This document shows, piece after piece, positions 13,911-27,462 of a DNA stretch of 64,000 nucleotides. Source of the stretch: Paraspadella gotoi (Eukaryota; Animalia; Chaetognatha); contig CM119267.1 in NCBI GenBank assembly GCA_051294375.1, positions 9,726,163 to 9,790,162 on the forward strand, in the 5' to 3' direction. Numbering within the stretch: position 1 is the stretch's first letter; each line of letters opens with the position of its first letter. Under the pieces are notes generated by a model. The model had not been told where the DNA came from, made no database searches, and worked only from the letters and a program-made list of their open reading frames with translations. A program made the translations under genes and the position numbers.

Positions 13911-16103
13911 ATTAAATTTAAAAAAATAAAAAAAATAAAAGATATAAAAATAAATAAATAAATAAATAAATTAAATTTAAAAAAATAAAAAAAATAAAAG
14001 ATATAAAAATAAATAAATAAATAAATAAATGAATAAATAATAAATAAATAAAAAATATAAAAAATAAAATAAATAAATAAAAAACTAAAAAATTATGGTG
14101 GACTAAAATCCACCAACCGTTCATCAGCGGCCATTGGTGCCGGAGGCAAGTCATTCGCCTCCCAACCCAAAGGTCCGGGATTCTAGCCCGGTGGCCGCCT
14201 AGCAGTTAAGAGGGACGGGGCGCTTAAACCGCCTGTAATACGGTGTTACAGCCTGATCCGAAGCTGTCACTAACACATAATAATAATCACCGTCTCTTCA
14301 AAATAAAAAATAAAAAAATAAATAAATAATGAATTTATGATTGAATAAAAGGAGGAATGTTTAAATAAATAAAATAACTGCAGAATTGAAGAAATTAAAA
14401 CCAATTACCCTTACCCGGAGGGCGAGATTGTACGGCTTCAGATCGCTGTGGACGATCCCCTTGCTGTGCAGATACTCCACTCCCTGCAACAGCGAGAAGG
14501 CCATTCGTCTGGCAACTTTTTCCGAGAGCCCTTTCTTGTTCGTTTTTTCGATCACATCGTAGAGATTGTTCTTCAAGACTTCGAAGGCGAGAACAGGGTG
14601 GCCCCTGAAATCGTTATTGTAGGACAAGAGGCGCACAACGCTGGAGCGGCCACGCGGGTCTTCGGCAATGGGCGCCAGAAGGCGTACCTCGTCTTTCGTC
14701 AGTGCCGCGACGCCGGGTCTGCTGCATGGAATCTTCAGTGCGACGGTTCTGGACTTTTTGTGATCGTAGGCTTCGTATACTTGGCCGAAAGCGCCATGGC
14801 CTGGGGGGGGGGGAAGGGGAGAAAATAATTTAGAGTCAAAAGGGTTCCTCATTATTAATGATAGATTACTAAAATTTTTACTATCCGCAAACTTTTTTTA
14901 ACTTTTAATGCGTGGATCATCAGTATCTGACAAGTATTATTAAGTAGATACCTCACTCGAGAGCCAATATTAGTTTTTTTTTTATATATATATATTTTTA
15001 TGCCGGTCCCTGGAGGATGATATCAATATTCACTTGCAAAAAACCGTTTTTAAATTCCTACAATGGTTTCCGACATATAGTCATAAACGTCAGCCTCGAA
15101 AGGCAAAATTTGTCGGAATAAAATTTTCGAGTTTCTTCTTAGATTTTTGATACGCTAGTACAAACTATTTAAAAAAAAAGAGAAAACGTTTGCTGATTTC
15201 TTCCAGCATAATCCATAAATGTGTAAGACGATGGGTACACCTGAAAGTGATATGTCTCTAGGTCTACTTTAGGTTTTATTTTAAAATTTAGGTATTGTAC
15301 CAATAGGATAAATTGAGATACTCCCGCTTTGCCGAAATTTTTATTTAACAAAGATTTGTACTGCGTAGTTCAAATCCTTAGTTCTCTAACGGTTAAAAAA
15401 ATTATTTTCTTGAATAACTTTGGAAAGAAAAGAGGAAGGAATGTGGGTGAGGTATTAAATTAAAGCCCTAATTATGGGATACCTCTCTAAAATAGTTTTA
15501 ATAAATTTTTTCCATAAATCTTTACAAAGTTTTTATTTAAATCGGAGTTAAAAGTATAACAGTTTTTTGCATTAAAAATTTTAATGAAGGCACGTGAATT
15601 TTTTTTCTTCTTTCGTAATTTGAAAAAGGAAAGACTAAATTACATTTTGATTACCATTAAATCGAATTGCTTATGATCAAGGCGTTTTTTTTTACGTCCT
15701 TGGGGGAAAACAGAAAATCGGATAGAGCCGCACCAGAGTGAGTTACAGCTACAGGTTACAGTTACAGCTACAGTTACAGGTCTCTAGGCGTAACAATACG
15801 TAACATACGTCGTTTACACTTAAACATACCGAGAACTCCCAATATCTCGTATCGGAAAAGAACGTGATCTCCTACGAGATGCCTGTAAAATCCGTTGTCG
15901 TCGTCGAAGACAACGAAACCGTCTCGTTCGAAGTGAGCTTGTTTTTTGTCGTAGGAGGGACCAAGGAAGTATTTGACCTGGCACCGAAGAGTCTCCTCTT
16001 CCTCCCAAGCGGGGATCAAGACGGAGAGATCCTTTTTGGGGCGAGGCTCGTGATTCTGGTTGTAGCGAAGTCGATCACGTTTCTCGCGGTTTTTCTTCTT
16101 CAT
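13211..16103 (-). CDS. DYRK-family (class 2-like) CMGC protein kinase, paralog B; 3 exons (16103-15830, 14800-14415, 13777-13211), ~408 aa
   Basis: Same intron positions and phases as paralog A. NAPA-like WEEEETLRCQVKYFLG, DH box FDDDNGFYRHLVGDHVLFRYEI, GHGAFGQV, VALK, HSDLKPYN, DLG, WFQTLNYRSPE, DIWSYGC, EALDHPWF. Shares the C-terminal VDLFAE with paralog A. Confidence 0.93.
13822..14090. repeat. (AAAT)n / A-rich tract in a DYRK-B intron
   Basis: Directly visible; contains an internal ~60-bp duplication. Confidence 0.9.
14097..14270 (+). mobile_element. tRNA(Gly-like)-derived SINE-like element in intron 2 of DYRK paralog B
   Basis: 5' hairpin GGTGGA-ctaaaa-TCCACC, then a 72-nt tRNA-like head 14127-14198 (GCGGCCA...TGGCCGC acceptor stem, TCGCCTCCCA anticodon region, degenerate B box). 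A diverged second copy lies at 24279. Confidence 0.65.
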
Positions 16104-17180
16104 GGCGACGGGTTTTTTTTTAGCTGGCGCTGTACTCTGTTTACACTGTGTACGCTGTTTGCTGTGTACAGTTTACTAGAATTGACAATTTCGAGAGCGT
16201 ATATTTCGTTATTCGGTTACTAGGAAGGCGGAGTTTAGATTATATTAAGTCATTGTCCAGATTTAGACATTAGATTCTATTTAAACGTCGAAAATCGAGA
16301 ATCGTATCTCGTGAAAAAAAAAGTTTCGATGTCTCATAGACAAATAGTCGAATGGGGAGTAAAGGATCGATGGGTCAATGTATCGAAAGAGGAGGAAGAG
16401 GAGGAGAAAAAGTTGGAGTCGGTGGAATCAGTGAAATCGAACACCCTCGGTATCGGCGTCGTACTCGAGGTTATCGTCGTTATTGTCGTCGTCGTCGTCG
16501 TCGCCGTCCTTCTTTAACTTTTCTTTCGACGCCATAGTTTTATCTTCCTCATATGTTTTATATAAGATATTTTAGCGACTTCCTGCCATTTTCAGCTATC
16601 GATTATCGGGTTTCAATTACATAGTTAAAATCTAAGCGTCATCTTTCGCCTTCTGTCATTGTAGTTTTTCTCTCACTGTTAAATTCTTTCTCGGTTTTTC
16701 GTCGTCACCGCCGTGCGCCGTCGCCATCGTCGTCGGGGCCGCTGCCAGCGCCGCCGCCGTAGCCGCCGCAGCCGCTGTTGTCGTTTTGTCGTTTTGTTAC
16801 ATTGTCTTTCAAGATGCTTTGATTCAATTTTGTTTGTCAATATAGAAACAATTAACTAAAGAAAAAAAAGGACAACAAAGAAACAAAAACAAAAGAAACG
16901 AAACAAAGTAAAAAAAGAAACAAAGAAACGATTAAAGAAAGAAAGAAAGAATGAGAGAAAATGGTCAGGAGTGCCTAGGTGTTTCTGCCTATTCTATCAT
17001 ACATTGGGGGACAATTTTAGTAATAACATAAGCCTTACTTAGTATACATTTGAAAACAACGTATATAAATTTTCATTGAATTTTTTTAATGAAGATTTAA
17101 ATCCCTCTGTTTAAAAAATAAACCCTTTTCTTACATACATCAAAACTATTCTAATTATTCCAAGCATTTCATTTTCATTT

Positions 17181-17307
<127 letters not shown>

Positions 17308-17995
17308 ACTTCTTTCCTTGATCGCGATTCCTTTGTTTCTCGATCGAACCCCATAGAGAGTTCACAAGAGGAAGAGGAAGAGGAAGAGGAAGAGGAAGAG
17401 AAAGATAGGGAAAGAGCATTTGTCCTGGTCAGTGGTCAAATAAATCGTCCAAACTTGCCAGCCTGTCAACCTGCCAACCAGCCAACATACCAGCCTGCCA
17501 ACATGCCAGCCTGCCACGCTCCGATCTATATTCATTCTAAAACGAAATCTGTTTTTCTGTCGAGTCTCCTAATCAAATATACATCACAAAGACTTGTTTT
17601 TCTTCAATTCTTTGGATTCGTTACAAAGTTTTTTTGCAATAAAAAGTAAGAAAGAAGCTAGTTTTAAAAAAAGCTTGCGACATTGAACTTGAACAGATAT
17701 TGAGTCTTATCTAATTTAATGGCAATTTTTCTTTTCAGCTCGTGATAGCAGGACTGTGGAATTAACCTCGAGATTTCTTTAAAAAAATGTAACATTATGG
17801 TCTTCTAAGAACTCTCTGTGTGGGTTCGCATACAAAGAAAAAAAATCTCCCACTCTTCCCCGAACCAACCAATCAACATCAGCCCCTTCGTCCCGCCTTT
17901 TTCTTAAGCGGCGTCTCTTTGCTGACTTCCGGTTATTGAAGGATTTAAGACAAAAGGATTCCGTTTTCTTCGATTCCATCGCAGCTGCCGAGGAA

Positions 17996-18027
<32 letters not shown>

Positions 18028-18569
18028 CGAATACAACGTTGACGACGATAACGACGACGATGAACCTTCTTTCGGTTTTGTTCTCAATTTCGATTTTATT
18101 GTTTTACAAAAACTATTGTTAAACATTTGGAATTGACGATTCGAGTAATAAAACTCTCCTTTTTATAATTGTTAATTATCATCTAGCTCCGTTAGCATTA
18201 ATTTGTATAAACTTTCCTTTTCGACAAATATGATGTGATATTATTTAGTTTAACCAATGACCAGTGTCGTAGATTTTTTTGTTGTGAGTATTTGATTTTA
18301 AATACTGAAAGCCTTTTCCTTGATTTGTGATGCCGCTCATGTCTTTTTACTAAATTCGCAACCGGATCAGAAAAAGCTATTAAATTAATTTATAATCCGT
18401 TAAAATTAATAAATCGTTTACGTCTACAAACTTGATTCATCGTCGAAGGAAAAAAAGACGATGACGAATGAGTTGAACCTAAGAAAGCAGTTGGATTTCT
18501 TTCCTTGACTTTCTTTCTTTTATTTATTTCTTTGATTTCTTTGATTCTTTATTTCTTTCCAAGTTTTTT

Positions 18570-18775
18570 AGTTGCGACGCGAGTACTCGCGGAGCAACTT
18601 TATAAGTCACTTTTCGGTCGGTCTGTCGGTCGGTCAGTATGTCTGTCCGTCGGTCTGTCCCACTGACGCTAAAAATATCATAACTCGCCTATAGCTCATT
18701 TGTTAAGACAGAAAAAAACATCAAATCTAAGTCACTGCGGCGCAACACATTGGATGGACCGATCTAGTTCTATTT
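18570..18775. mobile_element. HINE/DINE-1-like (Helentron-type non-autonomous) element
   Basis: T-run flank, 5' palindrome GTTGC..CGCGAGTACTCGCG..GCAAC, GTCG/GTCT microsatellite core. Colinear homolog at ~40745-40920. Confidence 0.5.
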
Positions 18776-19689
18776 TTCGATGTCTCTTTGTTTTTTGTTT
18801 TTTGTTTCTGTTTTTTGTATCTTTATTTTCATCTTTTTAGTATCTTTCTTTCTTTCTTCATTTCTTCGTATCTTTCTTTCTTTCAATATTTCTTTCATTA
18901 ATTTCTTTCCACTTTTTTCCCCATTTATTTTTTTACTATTTTTTTTCTTTTTTCGTTTTCTTTTTGTTTTCTCTTTCTGTATATTATATATTCTTTATAA
19001 TCTCATATTTTCTCTTCCGTAAATAGTACTTTTTTCATATCTTATTAAATGGATTCTCATTCGCGTTTCCAATTTTTTCTTCATATTTCAATTTAATCCC
19101 ATTTCTCCTTTCATTCCTTTTCATACTTTCCCTCATTTTTCCTTCTTTTTTCTTCCTTCCCTTCGTCAAAAGGGGATTTTCTTCTCTTTCCTCCTTCCAT
19201 AAAATCTTCCGCGTTTTTGCCTTTATAGGTCAACGTCGTACATCAGCCTTCGAGGAAAGGANNNNNNNNNNNNNNNNNNNNNNNNNNNNNNNNNNNNNNN
19301 NNNNNNNNNNNNNNNNNNNNNNNNNNNNNNNNNNNNNNNNNNNNNNNNNNNNNNNNNNNNNNNNNNNNNNNNNNNNNNNNNNNNNNNNNNNNNNNNNNNN
19401 NNNNNNNNNNNNNNGAGAGAGAGAGAGAGAGAGAGAGAGACATCGCAGCCAAGAAATTGCGTCCCGATGATGATGTTATATCCTCGGTCCGTCATGAATA
19501 TTTTTTCTCGCCTTATTTTTTGTCGTTACCTTCTTCTTTCTATATCCTTCCTCTCCTTCCGTTTCGTTTTTTTCTTCTTCTCTCTTTTTCTTTCTTCTCC
19601 TTCTTCTCCTGCTTCTTCTTCCACCTGCGCCCTTTCCTCCTTTTCCTTCTCTCATAATTCATAACTTATCACTCCTTCTTTCCATCTTA

Positions 19690-19905
19690 ATTATCTTTTT
19701 CCTTCTATTTTTCTTCTCTCCTTCCCCCTTTATTTTTATTCTCTCCTTCCTCCTTTATTTTTCTTCTCTCCTTCCCCCTTTATTTTTCTTCTCTCCTTTC
19801 CCCCTTATTTTCCTTCTCTCCTTCCCCATTATTTTCTTCTCTCCTTCCCCTTTATTTTTCTCTCTCCTTCCTTCTTCTTTATTTCTTATTTCTTCTCTCC
19901 TTCTC
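19690..19905. repeat. ~26-28 bp pyrimidine-rich minisatellite (TTATTTTTCTTCTCTCCTTCCCCCT-like), ~7 copies
   Basis: Directly visible tandem units. Confidence 0.8.
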
Positions 19906-20163
19906 CCCGAAAACTCACGGCTCCGCATTCCGCATACAAAGACTCGTCGCGCCTTAAATTACTCGGTTTTTTTCCTTCGCGTCCCTATCGACGGAGGGGG
20001 GGGCGGAGGGTGGCGGAGGAGGGGTGGGGGAATCAACGGGGGGGCGGAGGGTACGCAAGAGAGGGGGGGAAAGAAGAAGATGGAGACGACAGAGGAGGAA
20101 AACCTCTCCCCTTCATAACTGGTATTTATGTCACAACGTCAAGAAAGCATTCGTCGTGGCGGG

Positions 20164-20217
<54 letters not shown>

Positions 20218-21211
20218 AGAGAGAAGAGAGAGAGAGAGAGAGGAGAGAAGAGGGAGAGAAAAGGAGGGAAGCAGAGAGAGAGAGAGCACTTCTAAATCCC
20301 CTTCTTTTTTCATATTAGATTCGGATTTTTCTCCTTTTCGTCTCTCAAGGCTCAGGACTTTTTTTTTTCAGTGACGCCATTAATCATCACGCCTCGTTTT
20401 CGTCGTTTTCGTCGTCGTCGTTTTCTTCGTCGTCGTTTTCGTCGTCGCCATTGTCGTTGTTTTTTCGTCGCCATTTTGTATGTTGACATCCCTAGTCTCA
20501 CCAGAGAAAAAAAACAAAAACTGTTTTTAGTTGTTGTTATTATCGTTGTTGTATTGTTGTCTTACGACGGATCCTTGACAAAGCTGAAAAAGTTAGCATC
20601 AGTAAAGAAGAGTAAAGATCGTTATCTCCTCGTATGTTTAATGTTAATAAAGCTCACTTAATTTCTCCTAAATAAACACGCTTATTTCCTTCGTTGCTAA
20701 AATAAAAAATAATCTAATTCAGAATTTAAGATAAAATGGGGTGTTCTCTGAAAATAAGGCCCATTTTCTCATGCCGCTTGCGAAGTCAGGATATCGCAAT
20801 ATAGCAAAGAGCCTGTTGCAAGCGGGGCGTTGGATAAAGTTCATCGGTAATCACTGATCCTATATAGAAAGCAATTGTCACAAGCCACCAAGCATTTCCC
20901 GACATTTCTCTAGTTCGTTCCGGATTCCCTGTTGCTCAGGGTATTCGCTGCGTGCTCCTCTACGGGTCCCTAATCCCCGCCGAGCCAGCGCGCCTCGAAG
21001 CGTCTCACCACTTGCTTCTCTCTCCCCCGTTAACCGCGCGGGAGGAAAAAAAAAGGTGAAATGATTTCTCAAAACATTGAGTCGCGAAAATCGAGGATCG
21101 TTTATCATAAAGAGACGCTCGCGGAGTTTGGAAAGATGTTTGCAGATCAAGAAGAGCAGACGAATTTATAAAGACGGTAAACTCTCTTTGACAGGGAAGA
21201 GAGGAGAGAGG

Positions 21212-21263
<52 letters not shown>

Positions 21264-24200
21264 GACAGACAGACAGACAGACGCAGAGACAGACAGAGAA
21301 AGAAACAGAGAGAGAGAGCTCCAAATCGCAAATCCCATTCATTGCCTGCAAGATTGGCTGGCGTCAAACGTGGTCGCCCTTCTTAAACGGAAAAATGCCA
21401 GGCCGTCGCTAAAATTCATTTTCCTTTGCGAAAAATCCTCAAAGAGAAAGAGAAAAATAAAATGAGTTAAGAAGAAAGAAAAAAAAATAGAAAGAAAATC
21501 GAAAAGAAAGAAACAGAAATAGAAGGAAATTAATTCGAGTGAAAAGATGAAAAAGAAATAAAAATGGGAGGAGGGGAAAAAGGGGAAAAGAATAGACCCA
21601 AAAAAAAGTAATAAATAAATCGAAAAAAAGAAGCAAAGAATCAAATGTGATGAAAGAAGAAAGAAGAAAAAAAAAAGCGCTTGCCGAGGCAAAAAGTCGA
21701 TGGCGCCTCTCTCTCTTCTTTCATTTCTTTTCTTCTTTTTTTCTTTTCTTTACTTCTTCCCCTTTTCTTCTCTTCACTTTTTCCTCCACTTCCCAAACGG
21801 GGAATTTTCTTTCGATATTTGGTTCGAATAAGAAAATAGGATTCCGTCGAACTCGTTTTCTCGATGGAAATGGGACTCGGGACTCGGGTGTTTTTTTGTT
21901 TTTCGTATGGTGATCGAGGCCAAAGATTTGAGACTGAGAGAAATCTGGAGTCAAATGTTTTGAGCGGAAAACACTTTTTACGTCTCGTCATCGGGTTTTC
22001 TTTTCTTTTTTTCATTTTTATCGTTGGAATTTTTTTTTGAATCGATCAACAAAGGACTGACGCTTTAAGTTTGGTGCACTACGAGGTGACCCACAAAGAT
22101 CTGGAAAAAAAAAATCGCCATTTTTGAAACCGGTATAATTTTTTTCAATCCCAAATATTTTTTAGTAAACACCAAAATGTTTAAATGGCGAGTTTTTATG
22201 GCTGCGTATTTCATAGAGTCACGTTGAACTTCTGAGTTCCTACACTCTGCATCCTTCATCTCCAACTTAACCACTAACCAGTCGGAAATTTTTTTTTTTC
22301 TTTTCAACTCTTGCGTATAGTTTTCGATGATAATCATTCGCCAGAAAGAANNNNNNNNNNNNNNNNNNNNNNNNNNNNNNNNNNNNNNNNNNNNNNNNNN
22401 NNNNNNNNCATACATCAGCACAACAGGGATTGTAAACGAGACTTTTATGTCGGTTCTGTCCGAAGGGGCGGGTGATGAATTCCCTCTTCGGTCCAACGCC
22501 GATTATCGAAAGAGAGAACTTGTTTTCTTTCTCTTTCCTTTTATAAAATTGGTTTAACTAATGTAAGAATTATACGTTCATTTAATAAATAAGCTATTTT
22601 ATGACATTTAGTAAGTTTTTCTTTAAAAAAAAATCTTAAAAGCATAAGGATCAAGCCATGATAAAGAAGGAGATAAGAATAAAAGACCAGATTGAAACTT
22701 GTGAACGATGTCAACTGAATCCACAATTTTGAGAACATGGATTAAGTAATTTAATATTGTTTAATTTAATTGAAATGCTTTGGATAGAGACAAACTATGC
22801 CAGGCCACATTCTGATATCGCGATATTTATGGTAAAGTTATTAAAGAGAATCAGGATATTTTTGTAATGAACTGAATTATTATCAACTATGTGAGGCATG
22901 TACCAAAGTTATACGCGTAGACGATGAGATATCGCATTATGTCGTTTATAAAATTATTAGCTAATGAAGTTACAAATTATGCCATATCCGAGGCACGCGC
23001 TTCCACACAACACGCTCGGAACGCCTGGTTTTCTAAAAAAAAACTGTTTAAAAAAAATTAAAATAAACATGATTTGCTGAAAATATGAAAATATAATATC
23101 TAAAATATAGAGTAAGAAGTTTGACATTAGAAATTCAACAACGATTTATTTTCAGATAGTGGACATGGGTTTGCGATGGTTCGATGTTTCGATGCCTGCG
23201 ATTATGCGAAGACATTGATAGATTGAAGTCAAAAAATTAGCTAAATCAGCTACCTCTTGAGAGAATAAATCGTTTTTTATCTCTAATCTAAACACAACGA
23301 AATAAAGATTTCCAAAAAAATATAAAATAGTATAATATATAGATTAAGCCAATTGCTAATAATATGAAATCAGTATGTGTATATGAGTGTATTACAGAGG
23401 CTCTAAGTGTGTATATATATATAATATATTGGAAGAACCCTGTAAACTTGAGCTCCTTTTGGTTTCTATTTGTACGCGCTCAGAGTAATATGAAAAACTG
23501 TTATGAAAATTATGGGAATTATTGCTAATTCTTTGTAGACTCTTAACAACATATAAAGTGTAATTTGTTTAGGGTACATGTATACAAGACTCACGTGTTT
23601 ATGTCTTTAACAAAACTTCATCTGTGTTGATCGTGTTGGTCTATGAATTAATAAAGTAATAATAAATTCCTGCATGGAATAATATTCAGCTTGAGCTGAT
23701 GTGCCCATTTTATTAGAGATTCAAAAAATTAACATTTCGTTGGTTTTTAAGTTTATTATTAGTTAAGGGTCAAAGATAGGGGAATTTGGTTAAAGTTTCA
23801 GTTAGCGATTCATGGTTTTGTGATTAGTGTTCTAATAAAACATAAGTTAGGGGATTTCGGTCGGATTAGGCTTAAGGGATTATATAGCTATATAAGATTA
23901 AATATTAGGTTAGGGTTAAGGGAAAACCTTTGAGAAAGAGTCGTTCTGCGGACATAGTGCCTCAATTTCACACCCGATCCAAAAAGTCGGGCTGGATCGT
24001 TGTGTCCCACTTCGCTCTCAGCAAGGCGCGTCCAAAAATCGGCTCTGGCGAGTTGACGTTCCGGCTGCACAAGCAGTTTGCAGGCGAAACGGAGCAGCCC
24101 GTGCGCTGCGAGTAGGAGTTTCAGAGGAGTGATAAAAAATGAAGGAGTTATTTTCGTACTACAGGAGTAGAATAAAAGGAATGACCGCACATATTACAAA

Positions 24201-24278
24201 AATATTAAAACGATATTAAAATCGGCAATTGTTGAACAATGAAAAATTAAAAGTTCAGTTCATGAATTATTGATAATA

Positions 24279-24450
24279 GGGTGGACCTAAAATCCACCCA
24301 CCGTTACTGCTGCAGTTATTGGTGCAGGAGGCTAGTCTAGGCCTTGTAACTCAAAGAAGTCGGGTTTCTCGCCCGGTGGGCCGCTTCGCTGTTAATTAGG
24401 GAGGGGGCGTTAAACAGGCCAAGTAAACAAAGCCATCCAAAGTCGGGGCA
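24279..24450 (+). mobile_element. Second, more degenerate copy of the tRNA-derived SINE-like element
   Basis: GGGTGGA-cctaaaa-TCCACCC hairpin, ATTGGTGCAGGAGGC, GCCCGGTGGGCCGC and GGGGCGTTAAAC are colinear with the 14097 copy. Confidence 0.6.
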
Positions 24451-24499
24451 AGATAGTAGACTTATGTTAGTGATATAAAATCGAAATGGATAATTTTAT

Positions 24500-24740
24500 T
24501 TAGTTGTAGGCCGATTTCATAGTGTTTACTTATATAACTTATTTTATTAAATGAATGGATAAATTTTGTATTAGTTGTACCTGATTTCATAGGTGTTACT
24601 TCATAGTAACTTGATTTATTAAATGAATGGATAGTTTTTTATAATTAGTTGTTACCGATTTCAAATTCAGTGTTTACTTATAGTAACTTATTTATTAAAT
24701 GAATGGATAGATTTTTATATTAGTTGTACCAGATTTCATA
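24500..24740. repeat. ~70-bp tandem repeat, ~3 diverged copies
   Basis: Unit TAGTTGTACC.GATTTCATAG.GTTTACTTATA.TAACTT.ATTTATTAAATGAATGGATA recurs three times. Confidence 0.8.
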
Positions 24741-24749
24741 GAGAGAGAG

Positions 24750-24799
<50 letters not shown>

Positions 24800-26287
24800 G
24801 AAGAGAGGAGAGAGAGGAGAGAGAGAAGAGAGAAAGTTTCCCGCCAACGAAGGTACGCAATATAGGTTCCACCCGCTCCCGGCCCCGAAAACAAAATCCC
24901 CGGTTTTTTTTCTTTTATATCGGGCGTGATCTCGGTCGTTGATTTTTTTATACACGTAACGCGTTATTAGGTTTCATGTTCCTCACGACATTGTTTACCT
25001 CGTTGCCCCCGCAACGGCCACGGAATCCAGGTGAAGTTAGTTATTCTTCACATTTTTCGCTCAAAAAAATCCCGAAAATCTCAGATGTAAATTTTGGATT
25101 TTGTATTGAGAAAGAAGCGCGGACAAAATGGCGATAAATAAAAAGTTTTATAGAAGGGAAAGAAATCAATAAAGAATTTTTCAAAAAACGGTGGTAAAAC
25201 AAAGTGAAATAAATTTTTTTTTGTAAAAAAAAAAAAAAGTAGAGAGAGAGAGATAGAGAAAAGAGAGAGAAGAGAGAGAAGGAGAGAGAGAGAAGAGAGA
25301 GAGAGACGGAGGGAGACGGAGGGAGAGAGAGAGAGCCTGAACTCGTTTTTTTTTTAAACGATTCAGGGAAAGGGCGCCGTCGCGCTCGACACTGGATCAA
25401 ATATATATGTTTTTAGAAAGAAAAAAAATAATCAGAATTTTTCAAAAAACGAACGATCACCGCAAAGATCGCACACAAAGAGAGAACAGAGAGAAAACTG
25501 AACTGCGTTTTTTAAACGATTCAGAAAAAGGCAGCGCCTAAAAAAAATATATATATAATTAAAAAATAAATAAAAGAAAGGCAAAAAATGTTACAATGGT
25601 TTACAAATTGGAAAACTTTTCCAATTTTTTCCAATCGCAGCTTGTAAAAGATTTTATTTTATTTGTATTAAAATTAAGATATAGCTTCTCATTAAAAAAA
25701 TCCTTTGAGTTCCCATTTTTATTAGAAATTTAAAAAAAAAATTTTGAATTTCATCTTCAATATTATATACTGCAATATGTAAATTAGCTTAAGAGCATTC
25801 TATATACTAATTTGGATATTATAATCAAGTACTATAATCTCATTTGCATATTGCAGTAAATCATAATGAAGTGGAAATTCAAAACAAAAAAATACTTAAA
25901 TCCAAATGTAATAGAGAAAATATCAAAGCTATTTTAAATTTGAGAAGCCATATCTAAATTTTTTAACTTACTATGATTGCACACTTTTTAAAACTCTATC
26001 ATAATTTATAATAATTTTTATTTTAAAAAAACGGTAAGTTCACAGCCAAACCTATAAAAGCGTAGTACTTTTTAATAAGTAAAAAACAGCGTGACGGCCG
26101 ACGACGACGAACGACGACGTCACAAAGAAGCTCACCGGAATCAATATCAACGNNNNNNNNNNNNNNNNNNNNNNNNNATGATGATAGTCATTCATATGAT
26201 GCGATGATATCATTCATTCATCAGTAATAAACAACAAATGCGTGTATGAGTGAAAGAGAGAGAGAGAAGAGGAGAGAGTATGAGAAG

Positions 26288-26325
<38 letters not shown>

Positions 26326-26889
26326 AGGAGAGAGGCCTGGACAGTTTTCCCTCCCGCACGAAACGCAATCAGAATTTTAGGAAAAATCTTAAGCAATAGG
26401 GATCGAGCCAGCTTTCGATGTAACCAAATATTATGGGCGATGGATAATAATATTGATGCGATGATACCAATATTGATGCGAAGATAATAAAAAAATGATG
26501 TGATGATAATCAAATGATTGATGCGATGATAGTCATTCATTGATGTGATGATAAATCAATTCATTGTATGATGATAATCCATTCATTGATGCGATAATAG
26601 TCATTCATTGACAGCGATGACGTCATTCATCGTAAATAAAACAACAAATAGCGTGTATGAATGAAAGAGAGAAGGAGAGAGAAGCGAGGAAGAGAGAGAG
26701 GAGAGAGAGAGAGAGAGAAGAGAAAGAGTGAGAGAGGCTGGTCAGTTTTTCACTCTCGTTTTATATAAGAATATCATAAATTTTAGAAAAAAAATTACGA
26801 AAATCTCGGATGTAAATTTGGGATTTTTGTATTGAGAAAAAGCGCGGAATAATGGCGAATAAATAAAAAAGAGAGAAGAAACAGGAGAG

Positions 26890-26949
<60 letters not shown>

Positions 26950-27394
26950 AAGATTAGAGAGAAGCTGGACGCCCTGCAGAGCTGAATCGTTTTCGACGTA
27001 TCTGAGTAGGGAGAACTCTTTTTCTTTCTAATATTTTTTTTACTTATAAAAAAAATTTAATGTCCTCATTTAAAAAAGTTTTAATCTTGAATGAATTTTA
27101 GATTGTTCTTTTTTTTAAGAAAGAACCAGACCGAGGTCAAATTTCATATTTGCATATTTAACTAATTTTATAAAATATTTATCCAACTCAAATAATTTAT
27201 TATTTTAAAAAAGAATAAAAATGATTAAATATTACACTAAAAAAAATTTAACAATTTTAAATTTTAAAAATTGTTAGAATAACAAAAAAAGTAATGTACC
27301 TGAACCGGCTTCGCCGGTCATGGCTTGATAAAAAATTCCGCTTCCGGAAAACACTTTTTTAGAAATGACTTTTTGAACAGGATACTCTCTGACT

Positions 27395-27462
<68 letters not shown>

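Noticed and set aside
24500-24740. Repeat array considered as a CRISPR
   Set aside because: Eukaryotic context, no unique spacers and no cas genes.
25050-27000. Patchwork of locally duplicated 70-200 bp segments around the gap at 26153
   Set aside because: Looks like noisy redundant assembly near a gap.
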